Notes under the pieces: generated by a model
What the model saw: only the letters and a program-made list of their open reading frames with translations
Told to the model about the DNA's origin: nothing
The model's database searches: none
Assembly: GCF_006345805.1 (NCBI RefSeq)
Contig: NC_043006.1
Coordinates: 94,240,001-94,304,000 of the forward strand
DNA from: Octopus sinensis
Lineage: Eukaryota
Direction of reading: 5' to 3'
Length of the DNA: 64,000 nt
Made by a program: the position numbers and the translations under genes
Shown here: positions 11,400 to 23,715 of the stretch, one piece after another
How positions within the stretch are numbered: the first letter of the stretch is position 1
Layout: the number at the start of each line of letters is the position of its first letter

Positions 11400-11810
11400 A
11401 ATGGTTTCAAATTTTGCCACAAGGGCAGCCATTTGGGCGGTGGGGAGGTGAGTTGATTACATCAACACCAGTACGCAACTGATACTTAATTTATCGACCC
11501 CGAAAGGATGAAAGGCAAAGTTGACCTCGGTATAATTTGAACTCAGAACGCAGCGACGGGCGAAATACCTATTTCTTTACTACTCACAAGGGGCTAAACA
11601 CAAAGGGAACAAACAAGGACAGACAAACGGATTAAGTCGATTATATCGACTCCAGTACGCAACTGGTACTTAATTTATTGACCCCGAAAGGATGAAAGGC
11701 AAATATGACCTCGGTAGAATTTGAACTCAGAACGTAGCGACGGGCGATATACCGCTAAGCATTTCGTCCAGCGTTATAACAATGCTGCCAGCTCACCGCC
11801 TTATAAAAAC
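11400..11810 (-). mobile_element. Two tandem family-B SINE copies
   Basis: atcgaccccgaaaggatgaaaggcaaa...gaatttgaactcagaacg occurs twice, separated by the tail. Confidence 0.8.
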
Positions 11811-12839
11811 GCAGGCAAAGAGGAAAAGGCCTAAAGTGTAGACGTCGATGTGGTTATTGTTGTTGCTGCTGCTGGTGTTGGTTACTTAGTTAGTGATGGG
11901 GAGAGAGAGAAAGAAATCTAAAGAACGAGAATTAGGGAAAATAAAGAAGGAAGAAGAGTAAAGATATGAATGTAGGTAGGTGGGTACGAGTGAGGAGATG
12001 GAACAGGGTCGTGGGGTTAGGGCTGACGGTATGTAAATTGGCAGTAATTTGAGTATAAATTGAATGGATTAGAGGTGAAAATGAGTTTGAGAGAAATTCT
12101 TTGGTTGATGATCTTGTTTGCTGCCGTTGCTGATGGTGTTCTCGGTGGTGTTGGTGGTGGTGGTGGTGCCTAGGGTGTTGCTGTGTGACGGGTTGGTGTA
12201 GATTTTTAGAAATGTAATTAAGTGAAATAGGGATACGATCAGATTTAATTACCGGTGATATGGCTGAATATGTGTGCGAGCGTGTGTGTGTGTGTGTGTT
12301 TGTGTACATGAATATGTGCATATCTATGCATACATGGCATAAATATATACATACCCATTCGTAGCACGCTGAACACAGATAACCGAATCATATTTACGCA
12401 CACACACACACACACATATATATACACGTGCATGCGCGCGCGTGCACAAAATATGTATGCGTTGGCATGGCTAAGTGGTTACGAAACTCGTTTTGCAACC
12501 ATGTTGGTTCAGGTTCAGTCTAACTGCTCGGCACCTTGTGTGAGTCATCTTCTACAATAGCCCCGAGCGTACCCAATGTCTTGTGAGTGAATTTGTAGAC
12601 GCAATCTTTGCGGAACCCCGAGTTGTATATAAATATTTATGCGTGCGTGTGCGTACACGTTAAGTTGTGTGGTATATATATATATATTATATATATTAAT
12701 ATATATATATATATATATACACAACTTAACGTGTACGCACACACACGCATAAATATATATATATAGGCGCAGGAGTGGTTGTGTGGTAAGAGACTTCCTT
12801 CTTACCACACAGTCACGCCTGCGCGTATATATATCTTGG

Positions 12840-13165
12840 CTCTCCGTCGGTTATGACGATGGGTGTTCCAGTTGATTTGATCAACGGGACGGCCCGCACG
12901 TGAAATTAACGTGCAAGGGGCTGAGAATCTCGCAGACACGTGTTCCCTTAATGTAGGTCATTTTCATAGTGACTCACCGTGACACAGTTTGTGCCACGGC
13001 CAGCTTTTTCAATTACTGATGCAACTCATTATTGCCAGATAATTGGACTGGCTTTTAACAAAAGATTCTTTTGTTCAGGGACACAACGCGCCGGTGGATA
13101 TCAGACTCACCAAATTACGATCGTGGGCTGAATGGCCTACACACTAAGCCACGCGCCTTCACACA
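12840..13165 (-). mobile_element. SINE family C (tRNA head, CORE-like gtgtcc..gaacaa segment)
   Basis: tRNA-like head on the minus strand at about 13085-13160; related heads at 30948-31190 (+) and 32075-32175 (-). Confidence 0.55.
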
Positions 13166-13234
13166 CACACCACACACTATGTATATAATGCAAACCAGGT
13201 CATATATTTTGTAAAATATATTTGTTTTATACTC

Positions 13235-13510
13235 GTGACTGTGTGGTAACTAGCTTGCTTCTCAACTACATGGTTCCGAGTTCAGTCCCACTGCGTGGCA
13301 CCTAGGGCAGGTGTCTTCTACGATAGCCTCGGGCCTTGTGAGTGAACTTGGTTGACGGAAACTGAAAGAAAACCATCATATATATGTATGTATGTATATG
13401 TTGTATTCAAAAGAGGTCGATAGAATAAGTACTAGGCTTGCAAAGAATAAGTCCTCGGGTCCATTTGTTCTAAAGGCCGCAGTCAAATGACTGAAACAAG
13501 TAAAATAATA
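13235..13510 (+). mobile_element. SINE family A, internally deleted
   Basis: Head ctgtgtggtaactagcttgct...gagttcagtcccactgcgtggcacc and tail gcagtcaaatgactgaaacaagtaaa. Confidence 0.75.
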
Positions 13511-13528
13511 ATAGAATGTATGTATAGT

Positions 13529-13574
<46 letters not shown>

Positions 13575-13723
13575 ACAGACACACACAACGAATTAGATGA
13601 ATCAAGACAGAATCGTGTAAATTGTAAAGGAAAAGTAAAACATGTGGAAACCAAGATGGACGCAAAAAGCAAGTAAAAATAGGATCTTCCTCTCGTCTCG
13701 CTTCATTTAATAATATTCTCCAG

Positions 13724-13746
13724 ATATAAAACAACTCCATCAGAGA
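13724..13746 (+). CDS. Candidate 23-nt microexon
   Basis: taatattctccag|ATATAAAACAACTCCATCAGAGA|gtaggt. Confidence 0.25.
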
Positions 13747-14072
13747 GTAGGTGGCGCTGACCTTCCCTCTTTTACTTACGATACCACCATGTTCTTTTTC
13801 TCACTTTCACTCGCTCACTTTCTTTCATTCATTCATATCTCTCACTTTCTCTCACTCCTCCTCCTGCTTCTCTTCACTGCCAGCTTTTGCACAAAAGTCA
13901 GATTTTATTGAGAACCGTATGCCCCATGCACACACACACACACACACACACACATGCGCGCGCGCACACTTGTAGAAGGGAGCCAGAGAACATATTTATA
14001 GATATGAAACAAAATAGCTACATATACATGTGTGTCTATTACACCTCGTCTCTGTACAATACACACACACAC

Positions 14073-14138
<66 letters not shown>

Positions 14139-14139
<1 letters not shown>

Positions 14140-14532
14140 CTCTTTTACTTGTTTCAGTCATTTGACTGCGGCCATGCTGGAGCACCGCCTTTAGTCGAGC
14201 AAATCGACCCCGGACTTTTCTTTGTAAGCCCAGTACTTATTCTATCTCTTTTTGCCGAACCGCTAAGTAACGGGGACATAAACACACCAGCATCGGTTGT
14301 CAAGCAATGCTAGGGGGACAAACATACACGCACACACACATATATATATATATAAATATACTTATATACGACAGGCTTCTTTCAGTTTCCGTCTACCAAA
14401 TCCACCCACAAGGCTTTGGTCGGCCCGAGGCTATAGTAGAAGACACTTGCCCAAGATGCCACGCAGTGGGACTGAACGCGGAACCATGTGGTTGGTAAGC
14501 AAGCTACTTACCACACAGCCACTCCTGCGCCT
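14139..14532 (-). mobile_element. SINE family A, full-length
   Basis: Near reverse complement of 2290-2715. Confidence 0.9.
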
Positions 14533-14594
14533 ATATATATATATATATATATATATGTATAAGGCATATACATATACATTGTATATCATTTTCT

Positions 14595-14981
14595 TCTTTT
14601 ACTTGACTGTGACCATAGTGGAGCACAACATGTAGGTGAGCAAATCGACCCCAGGACTTATTCTTTGTAAGACTAGTACTTATTCTATCGGTCTTTTTTG
14701 CCGAACTGCTAGGTGACGGGGACGTAAGCATACCAACACACTAACATCGGTTGTCAGGCGATGGTTGGGGTGGGAGGCTAAGCACTGACACAAAGATATA
14801 CATACATATACATATATACATACTTACATACATACACATATATATATGTATGTATACGACGGGCTTCTTTCATTTTCCGTCTACCAAATCTACTCACAAG
14901 GCTTTGGTCGGCCCGAGGGACTGAACCGGGAACCATGTGGTTGGTAACCAAGCTACTTACCACACAGCCATTCCTACGCCT
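14595..14981 (-). mobile_element. SINE family A, diverged tandem copy
   Basis: Same modules, with a deletion in the CORE-like part. Confidence 0.75.
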
Positions 14982-15124
14982 AATATATCCAACCTATATA
15001 TATAAGTGCGTGTGTATATTTGTGTATGTGTGTGTGTGTGTGTGTGTGTGTATGTATATGTTTGTGTGTGTATTCGCATATATAGTCTAAAAGTGTTAGC
15101 ATGCAAGAGTATGTGGTTACGTAT

Positions 15125-15166
<42 letters not shown>

Positions 15167-15565
15167 ACAGCAAACCAGAAATCTAGCGGAAGATAAGAAT
15201 TCAACCGGAACAGTGAGGACGAAAGGACGAAAGGCATGCGAAAGATCGTGGTTACTGATACGGACAGATGACGGGATTAAAGGCGTATGACAAGGATCTG
15301 TGTGAACTCTATATACATGAGAGTCCATCTGTTTACCCTCCACCACCGCCACCACACTACCACCACCACCAACAACAACAACAACAACAACAAAAACAAA
15401 CCCACCGTTACCACCGCTGTCGCCGCAAGCTCTACCACCGCCTATCTTTAATTAACTCCACCCCACTATCGAGCCATTTTCCATCCGTAGAACCTACTAC
15501 CCCTACAGATGTTGATCTATGCCTCATCCTTTTGCTTATCTTTGACGCTTCCTGTGTCTCTACAG

Positions 15566-15590
15566 GGCTGGTTGGACAGTTTGATGGCGG
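15566..15590 (+). CDS. Candidate 25-nt microexon (GWLDSLMA)
   Basis: cttcctgtgtctctacag|GGCTGGTTGGACAGTTTGATGGCGG|gttagc. Confidence 0.25.
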
Positions 15591-15649
15591 GTTAGCAATG
15601 ACTGATACGGTGTGAATTATGACTAATAGATAATTACTATATATATACT

Positions 15650-15840
15650 TTATTAAAAAGCAGCAAAAATATCACAAAAGCTGTTACTCAGAGTTTTGCT
15701 TAAATGTCCGACGAACGGGAACGGGAAACTCTGAGTAACAGTTTTTGTGATATTTTTTTTACTTTTTGATAAAGCATATTGCTCTGCCTCCAGTATTCGA
15801 GTACTACTTTTTCCACCTTGTTTTGCATTTATGTGCTTAC
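15650..15840. mobile_element. Fold-back Penelope-type repeat with hammerhead-like core at 15705-15740
   Basis: aaaatatcacaaaagctgttactcagagttt pairs with aaactctgagtaacagtttttgtgatatttt; core TGT-CCGACGA-ACG(GGAA)CGG-GAAAC-TCTGA-GTA-ACA. Confidence 0.6.
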
Positions 15841-16061
15841 TATATATATTTAAAGTAGTATATATATATATATATATATGTTTGTGTATGTGTGTGTGTG
15901 TGTGTGTATAATAAAGGCAACTCCTGGGCTGCTCGACATGCTAGAAGTAGACACCAAATGGCTCTAAAACAACATTATTTATCGCATAGACACCAGCTGA
16001 AAGCGAGGAAAATAAACAAAAATTTTTAAGGTTTGATCATAATGATTATAATTATTCTATA

Positions 16062-16103
<42 letters not shown>

Positions 16104-16188
16104 TATATATATATATAATCATTATGGCCAAACTTTCATCCTTTCGATGAATATATAATATATATATATATATATATATGTATGTTTG

Positions 16189-16237
<49 letters not shown>

Positions 16238-16264
16238 AGGTTTGGAGATGATGTACAGGTATTA

Positions 16265-16464
16265 TATTAGAAGAAATGAGGTACTCAGAAAATCGGATGG
16301 TTTATATTTACAGATATTATTTGTATATTACATTTTTTATAGATCAATAGCTTAGATCTAAGCTATATGATCTAAGGTATATGATATATAAAAAATGTAA
16401 TATACAAATAAATATCTGTAAATATAAACCATCCGATTTTCTGAGTACCTCATTTCTTCTAATA
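16265..16464. repeat. Near-perfect inverted repeat (about 77-bp arms) with a 20-bp palindrome in the spacer, flanked by (TA)n
   Basis: tattagaagaaatgaggtactcagaaaatcggatgg...ttttttata versus its reverse complement, 1 indel; centre atagcttagatctaagctat (16347-16366). Confidence 0.85.
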
Positions 16465-16489
16465 TATATATATATATATATATATAGTG

Positions 16490-16532
<43 letters not shown>

Positions 16533-16558
16533 TTGTGTGTGTATATGTATATATATAC

Positions 16559-16602
<44 letters not shown>

Positions 16603-17104
16603 ATATGCCCGCATGTGTGTGTGTTATGATGTTGAGTATGGATTTCCGTGGTCTGACCAATAAGGATTGGGTCGTTTGTCCACCTGAATTATCTGCTCTT
16701 GAATTAACGCGTGAGCGACTACACATCCCTGTGATACGGATTCACTTAGCATAATTCTCAGGTATAATCCACGTAATACAATCTATGACAACTCTTTCGA
16801 ATCATTTCGAATCACAACAACAATCCACCTGGCAGGCTGCTCTACAGTTTCCACCCATGGAAAGTCCATGTGGTTGCTAGATCTGCTAGAAACAATAGCT
16901 GAAATCCTCTCCAATCTCAGCGTATCTTAAAACTATTGAGCGGAACGGCTGTATGCAGAGCAATTAAACATCTTATAGCGAGCCAAACCTGTTGACTCCA
17001 TTACTATGGTTTTGGTTTCCGGTTACACCTAATTCTATCCGCTTCCGTAGTTCATACATATACGCATGAACGCCAATCCCCAATTATTATTGTTGTTGTT
17101 ATTG

Positions 17105-17182
<78 letters not shown>

Positions 17183-17184
17183 AA

Positions 17185-17670
17185 AGGCGGTGGTGAGCTG
17201 GCAGAATCGTTAGTACGCATTGTGAGATGCCTAGCAGCGAAGCATTTCACACGTTTTTACGCTCTGAGTTCAAATTCCGCTGGAGTAGACTTTGCTTTTC
17301 ATCCTTTCGGGATCGAAGAAATGAGCATCAGTTGGACACTGGGGTCGATGTAATCAATTAGCCCCGCCTTCCCAGAAATTTCAGCCTTGTGCTTTTACCA
17401 GAAAGGATTATTAGTATTATTATAATTATTATTAGTGGTGGTGGTGTTGTATCATGACGCCGAGCTGGCAGAATCGTAAGAATGCCGCGCAAAATGCGTA
17501 GTGGAATTTCATAGGTCTTTACGTTCTGAGTTCAAATTCCACCATTGTCGACTTCGCCTTTCATCATTTTGGGGTCAATGAAATAAGTACTTTTTGAGTA
17601 GTGGAGTCAATAAATCCACTTGCTTCCACCCTCGGACTTGCTGGACTTGGGGTCAAAATTTGAAACCATT
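17185..17670 (+). mobile_element. Two family-B SINE copies
   Basis: Heads at about 17186 and 17456, B box gagttcaaattcc, Meta-like centre. Confidence 0.8.
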
Positions 17671-18285
17671 ATTCTTATTGTACTTTATTCATATCAATCC
17701 CGTTGCTATCTTTCAAAGCATTTTTTAAATGCGATATTTTTAAAGCTGATGTAGAAATATTTCTGTTTTAGCGTTTTCCCTTGATATCAACTTATTATCT
17801 CATTTAGTGTTTGTGTGCTCCTTAAAGGCGAGTTGGTTCAGCAAGTTTGTGCACGTGTATAAATATGCATATATATTCATGTGTGCGTGTGTGTGTATGC
17901 TGGCATGAGTATAACCCGACGTGCACATTTACACATTTTGTGAATCTTATCGAGTTTCCAATAAATTCTATACACTATATATATCATATTGTGTATTAAC
18001 GGGGTAGCCACTATGTCCTAAGCAAAACTGAGCAACGACCCACAACGTTAAATTTGGGGTACCACAAATATATTACACAAAATTTCGTCATGCAATAAAA
18101 GCAATAAAAAAAAAATCACGGCAACTTCGTTATAAAGAGAGTGAGAGGTCACTCCCGGAACAAAGACAGATGAATAAAAGTCGTGTTATGTTTGATCACT
18201 TCATTTAGAATGAAATATTTGAAATTTTGTTTTAGAAGATATAAATAGATGATAATAGACTTTCTAATAATAGGTTATATCATAC

Positions 18286-18375
18286 TGAAGAGTTCTGAAA
18301 AGAATGAAATGGACTTATATTCTGGGCATTTTTGTAAGAATTGTCAAACTCCCAGGCATCGTCTTCTTCGTAATC
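18286..18375 (-). CDS. Candidate 90-nt phase 0-0 exon DYEEDDAWEFDNSYKNAQNISPFHSFQNSS
   Basis: Long pyrimidine tract, then gaaactaag|GAT; donor TCA|gtatga; open 30-codon frame with protein-like composition. Confidence 0.3.
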
Positions 18376-19415
18376 CTTAGTTTCAAAATCAAAGAGAAAA
18401 AGAGAGGAAGAGAGATAGAGAGAGAGAGAGAGGAAGAGAGAGAATGTAGGGGTAGATATTAAAAAAAAAAGAGAGTGAACCGCAGAGACATGTGAAGGGG
18501 GTAAAAAGACAAGAGAGAGCAAAATAGGATGGATGTAGTAGGTAGGTAATGTATGATGAGAAGAAAAAAAAGATAGATGGAGAGATAAAAAGGCGGAGAG
18601 AGGGAGGGGGAGCCGAAGAGAAGGCCAGAGGGTGAGAGAAAGATTGAAATAATCATTGAAAGCATTGAAAGAAAAAGAAGGGGAGAGGGGAGGAATAGAA
18701 AGAGCAATAGTGACGATGTAGAGACGAGGGGGTGAGAAAGATACGAAATGAGACAGAAAAAACATTGAGAATAAATAGAGCGACAAATACAGTGCGAGGA
18801 GATGGAGAGAGAGTTTGAGAGAGAGAGAGAGCGTGAGGGAGAAAGAGGGAGAAAGAAAGAGAGAGAGAGAGAGAAGGGCAGGGAGAAACATGAGGTGTAA
18901 AGAGCATTGGATTAAGAAGAAAGACGGGGTAGTGTAGAATAAATAAATACATTAAACGAAAAACAAGCAATCGAAATGTGAAAAAAAACATTAAAGATAA
19001 CGAAATAGAAAACCACATCAAGACAAGAAAAAGAAATCAAAAATATAGAAAATAAAAACAGAAAAAGGGAGAGACCCGAAAAGGGGAAGAGAGCAAATGA
19101 AAAACGTAAATAAACAAAAGGTGAAGCCGATAAGATAGGGGTTGGTCTAGGTGGCGTCAGTAAGGTTTATTATAATAGTTACTAGGAAAACAACTTGACC
19201 GAAAATGTCAAATGTCATCTCGGCAGAAGCAAACAGGGAATCTCGTGTCTCGTGCGTGCGCGCGTGTGTTTGTGTGTGAGAGAGAGAGAGAGAAAGCGAA
19301 ACTTTCTGAGTACGTGTGTATATATGTATGTATATATATACACACACACACACACACATATATATATACATATGCGCGATGATTTTGTAAGCGGTGTCGT
19401 GTTCTATAATTCTGT

Positions 19416-19660
19416 ACTCTTTTACTTGTTTCAAATATTTGACTGCGGCCATGCTGGAGCACCGCTTTTAGTCGAGCAAATCGATCCCGGGACTCATTCT
19501 TTGTAAGCCCAGTACTTATTCAATCGGTCTCTTTTTGCCGAACCGCTAAGTGACGGACGTAAGCACACCAGCATCGGTTGTCAAGCAATTCTAGGGGTAC
19601 AAACACACACACATACTTATATACATATATACGACAGGCTTCTTTCAGTTTCCGTCTACC
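19416..19660 (-). mobile_element. SINE family A, 5'-truncated
   Basis: 3' module plus the end of the head, breaking into (TA)n. Confidence 0.8.
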
Positions 19661-19670
19661 AAATCCACTC

Positions 19671-19748
<78 letters not shown>

Positions 19749-19814
19749 CATACATACATACATACATACATACATACATAACGTATATACAGATACACAC
19801 ACATATATATATAA

Positions 19815-20030
19815 GGAGGCGGCGAGCTGGCAGAAACGTTAGCACGCCGGGCGAAATGCTTAGTGTTAGTTCATCTGTCTTTACGTTGTAAGTTCAAATT
19901 CCACCGAGGTCGACGTTGCCTTTCATCCTTTCGGGGTCGATAAATTAAGTAGCAGTTGAGTACTGGGGGTCGATGTAATCGACTGGCCCCCACCCCCAAA
20001 ATTTCGTGTATTGTGCCTACAGTAGAAAAG
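19815..20030 (+). mobile_element. SINE family B
   Basis: ggcggcgagctggcagaaacgttagcacgccgggcgaaatgcttag...gcctttcatcctttcggggtcgataaattaagta. Confidence 0.85.
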
Positions 20031-20479
20031 AATATAAGGAAACAAATAGATATAAATACGGACGAATTCGTGTACGCACACATAGTGTGTGTGTGTGTGC
20101 ATACATACATACATGCATATCGGTATATATAGTGTTGACAGTTGTAGCGATGGGTGTGGTGATGATGATGCTGATAACTGTCGCAGTGTTGGAGAAGATA
20201 ACACTGACCAAAAAAGCTTCAGGAAAGCGATGATAAGTACCACACTAGGATTGGAGATAGACATGGTTGACTGACTTTATAGAGAGTCATCCAACCAGAG
20301 ATAGAGCGAGTGGGGCTGGGAGACACCGACAGTGCGTGCACGTTTATATGGCGTATGCATTCACCTTGTTTTCTGTGTGTGTAAAAACTGAGAGTGAGAT
20401 AGAGAGCAAGGATATATGCATTAGGATATAAATTAACTAAGATATGTTTCAACCAAAGATTGGCCCAGGCCATGTCTAA

Positions 20480-20727
20480 CTTAAAACCACCACCTGATAG
20501 GATTATCTAAATCCTTTTTAAGTCAAGTTTTTTGTTATCATGGCCCAATCAAGTAGAGAGAGCATGTTGAGTGAGTTGTATCCAGATATAGGTGGCTTAT
20601 CTGGTATTCCTTGAAGAAATTTGTTCAGACTCCGTTTAAAGGTGATGGGATCATTTTCCTCTTTGATCTGTTTTAGGACAATGTTAAACAGGGCAGGGCG
20701 TGTTGAGGAAAAGAACTTGTGTCGCAA
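20480..20727 (-). mobile_element. 3' fragment of a non-LTR retrotransposon ORF2 (CR1/L2-like C-terminus)
   Basis: PALFNIVLKQIKEENDPITFKRSLNKFLQGIPDKPPISGYNS..SLLDW resembles LINE ORF2 C-termini (LFN..P...FK..LDKFL..IPD.P). Confidence 0.65.
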
Positions 20728-21423
20728 TATATAATGTATATCTATTTTAATATGACATCATTTATTTTTCAGTTGCATTGCTATATGTATGCACGTCTAC
20801 ACATATTTCTTTCCTTTTTCTTTTATTTGTTTCACTCATTTCACTGCAGCCTTTCGTAGAACAAATCGACCCCGGGACTTACTCTTTGTAAACCTAGTAT
20901 TTGTTCTATTGGTCTCTTTTGCCGAACCGGTAGTTACAGGGACGTAAACACACCACCATCGGTTGCCAAGCGATGGTGGTGGGGAGGGAAAAACACACAC
21001 ACACAAACACGCACACACACACACATTCTAAGTGTACGTTATTATAGATCTTTTAAAGCTCATCTTATCAATCGGTTTCGCATTGATTATTGAATAACCA
21101 GATATTGTAAACAGCACCATGAAATAATACAACGCGCTCTCCTCAAAGCTTGTTTTTCCAGCGTTCAGCACTTCACATCGTCTTGGCTTAACAACCCTCA
21201 CCGTTCGTTTTTACTGCTTCTTCTCACTGTGTTATTTTTGTTGCCATTTTCATCCTCCGCAAAAAATCATTCTGTTTTTGCTTTTTATGTTCTCATTCTG
21301 TCTAGGTTTTTGTTTTTATTCCTGTACCCATATATGCATATATATGTAGGTAAGTACATATATACATGTATGTATGCATATATTTATATATCGTTTATAT
21401 TATATGAATATATATGTGTAATA

Positions 21424-21955
21424 AGGAGCTGTGTGGTAAGTAACTTGCTTACCAACCACATGGTCCTGGGTTCAGTCCCACTGCGTGGCACCTTGTGCAA
21501 ATCTCTTCTACTATAGCCTTGGGTCAACCAAAGCCTTGTGAGTGGATTTGGTAGACGGAAACTGGAAGAAACCCGTCGTGTATGTATGTATGTGTATATA
21601 TATATTTATATATATATATATGTTTGTGTGTCTGTCTTTGTCCTCCTAACATCGCTTGACAACCGATGCTGGTCCCCAGAGACCATTAGAATAAGTACTA
21701 GGCTTACAAAGAATAAGGTCGATTTGTTCGACTAAATGCAGTGCTCCAGCATGGTCGCAGTCAAATGACTGAAACAAGTAAAAGAATAAAAGTTCTTTTA
21801 CTTGTCTCAGTTTCCGTCTACCTGATCCACTCACAAGGCTTTGATAGGCACGAGGCTATAGTAGAAAACACTTGCCCCACGTGCATCGCAGTGGGACTGA
21901 TCCCGGAACCATGTGGTTGGGAAGCAAGCTTCTTACCACAGAGCCACGTCTGCGC
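21424..21955. mobile_element. Family-A SINE (+) immediately followed by an inverted family-A head (-)
   Basis: Plus copy at about 21424-21790; tcagtttccgtctac...ccacagagccac at about 21805-21950 is the reverse complement of the head. Confidence 0.8.
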
Positions 21956-22804
21956 TTTTTTTCTTTACTTTTGACGATTTCCTTCTCATTTATTTTATTC
22001 TCTCATCCTACTAAACTCCTAATAAATTTTCATTAATTCTCATCACATGTCTGTTTGCTTGCTTGTCTGTCTGTCCGTCTGCCTACCTGCCTGTCTGTCC
22101 GTTTATCTGTCTCGGTCACTGCGTGTCTACCTACCTGCTTGTCTGTATTTGTATATCTGTCTGTCTGTCCCTCTCCCCCCACCTCATCACCACCTTCTCT
22201 CTCTTTCCCTTATTTTTAACTTTTCTTCCGCTGCTATATTGAAACTCTACATCACCCATTTACCTTCCACTGACGCCATATTTTAATAATTCTTTCGTTC
22301 ATTTTCTCCTTCTAATCCACGACTTCTTTTTAATCTTATCCTCATTTTTTTCTTTTCGTTCACTTTCTTTTTCTTTCTTATTTTCATTCTTTCTTTCTTT
22401 CCCTACCGCCTGTCTTGCTATTCTTTAATTGTAAATCTTTCTGCTCGCCCATCTTCTTTCTATATTCCTTTCTTTCTTTCTTCCATTCTTCCCTTCTTTC
22501 CTTCTCTCTTTCTGTTTCCTTCCTACCTTCCATTCTTCGGTCCTCCCTTCTTTCTTTCCTTCCTTCCATTCTTTCATTATTCCTTTTTTGTTTTTGATTT
22601 CTCATTTTCTCTCTCACTCTCCCCCTCTCTCTCTCTAACCTCCTCCTACCTTCATCTCTCTTTCCTGTGTCTGGCTTCTTACCAAAACAACAAACATTAT
22701 CCACCTCCCACCTCTTCTTCTCTCTCCTCTCCCACTACAACCAACCAAAAACTAAAAATGTACCATTTACCAAAATAGAATCGGAAATTTGAGATATTTT
22801 ACAG

Positions 22805-22825
22805 GCAGCGCTGAATGTAATAAGG
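22805..22825 (+). CDS. Candidate 21-nt symmetric microexon
   Basis: gatattttacag|GCAGCGCTGAATGTAATAAGG|gtgagg; open as AALNVIR (0-0) or xSAECNK (1-1). Confidence 0.3.
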
Positions 22826-23279
22826 GTGAGGAGTCGTGGTGTTACGGTGCGGTGTAGTGTAGTATAGAATGGTATGTTGTAGATGATGATGATGGTGATG
22901 GTGAAAATGGCGGTAGCAATAATGTAGTGAGGAGGCGTTATGCGATAAGCCATGATGTGTGATGGGTGCTGTTGCTGTTGTGGTGCGGTGCTGGTGCGTT
23001 CTGTGTTCTGGTTTAGGGTGGTCTGGGGTGGTGAAGAAGGTGTGGTGCTGTGTAAATATACCGAGGTAGTGTACTGCAACCTAGGGACGGTGTGGAAAGA
23101 TGCAATGCGGTGCGGTTAGGTAATACATAGCATGATGTAGCGTTTTGCTGTAGAGTTTGGCCGTTGGCATTGCTGTCTTTTAATACTATGTCACCGCCGA
23201 TGGACACCCCTATAGTCAAGAGCGTTCTGGCCATGGCCAACATTATCATCAAACTTTTTTTTTAATGATATTCTTTTAT

Positions 23280-23490
23280 TCTTTTACTTGTTTCAGGCAT
23301 TTGGCTGCGGATATGCTGGAGCACCGCCTTTTAGTCGAACAAATCGAAACCAGGACTTATGCTTTGTAAGCCTATTACTTATTCTATCGTCCACTTTTTA
23401 CCGAAAGGCTAAGTTACGGTGACAAAACACACCAATATCAGGTGTCAAGCGATGATGGGAGGACAAATACAGTTACAAACACACACATAC

Positions 23491-23555
<65 letters not shown>

Positions 23556-23715
23556 ATACGACGAGCTTGTTTCAGTTTCCGTCTACCAAATCCACTCACA
23601 AGGCTTCGGTCAACCTTAGGCTATTGTAGAAGACACTTACCCAAGGTGCCACACAGTAGGACTGAACCCAGAGCCATGTGGTTGAGAAGCTGCCTTCTTA
23701 CCAGCCATTTCTGTG
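23280..23715 (-). mobile_element. SINE family A
   Basis: Reverse-complement match to all modules. Confidence 0.8.
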
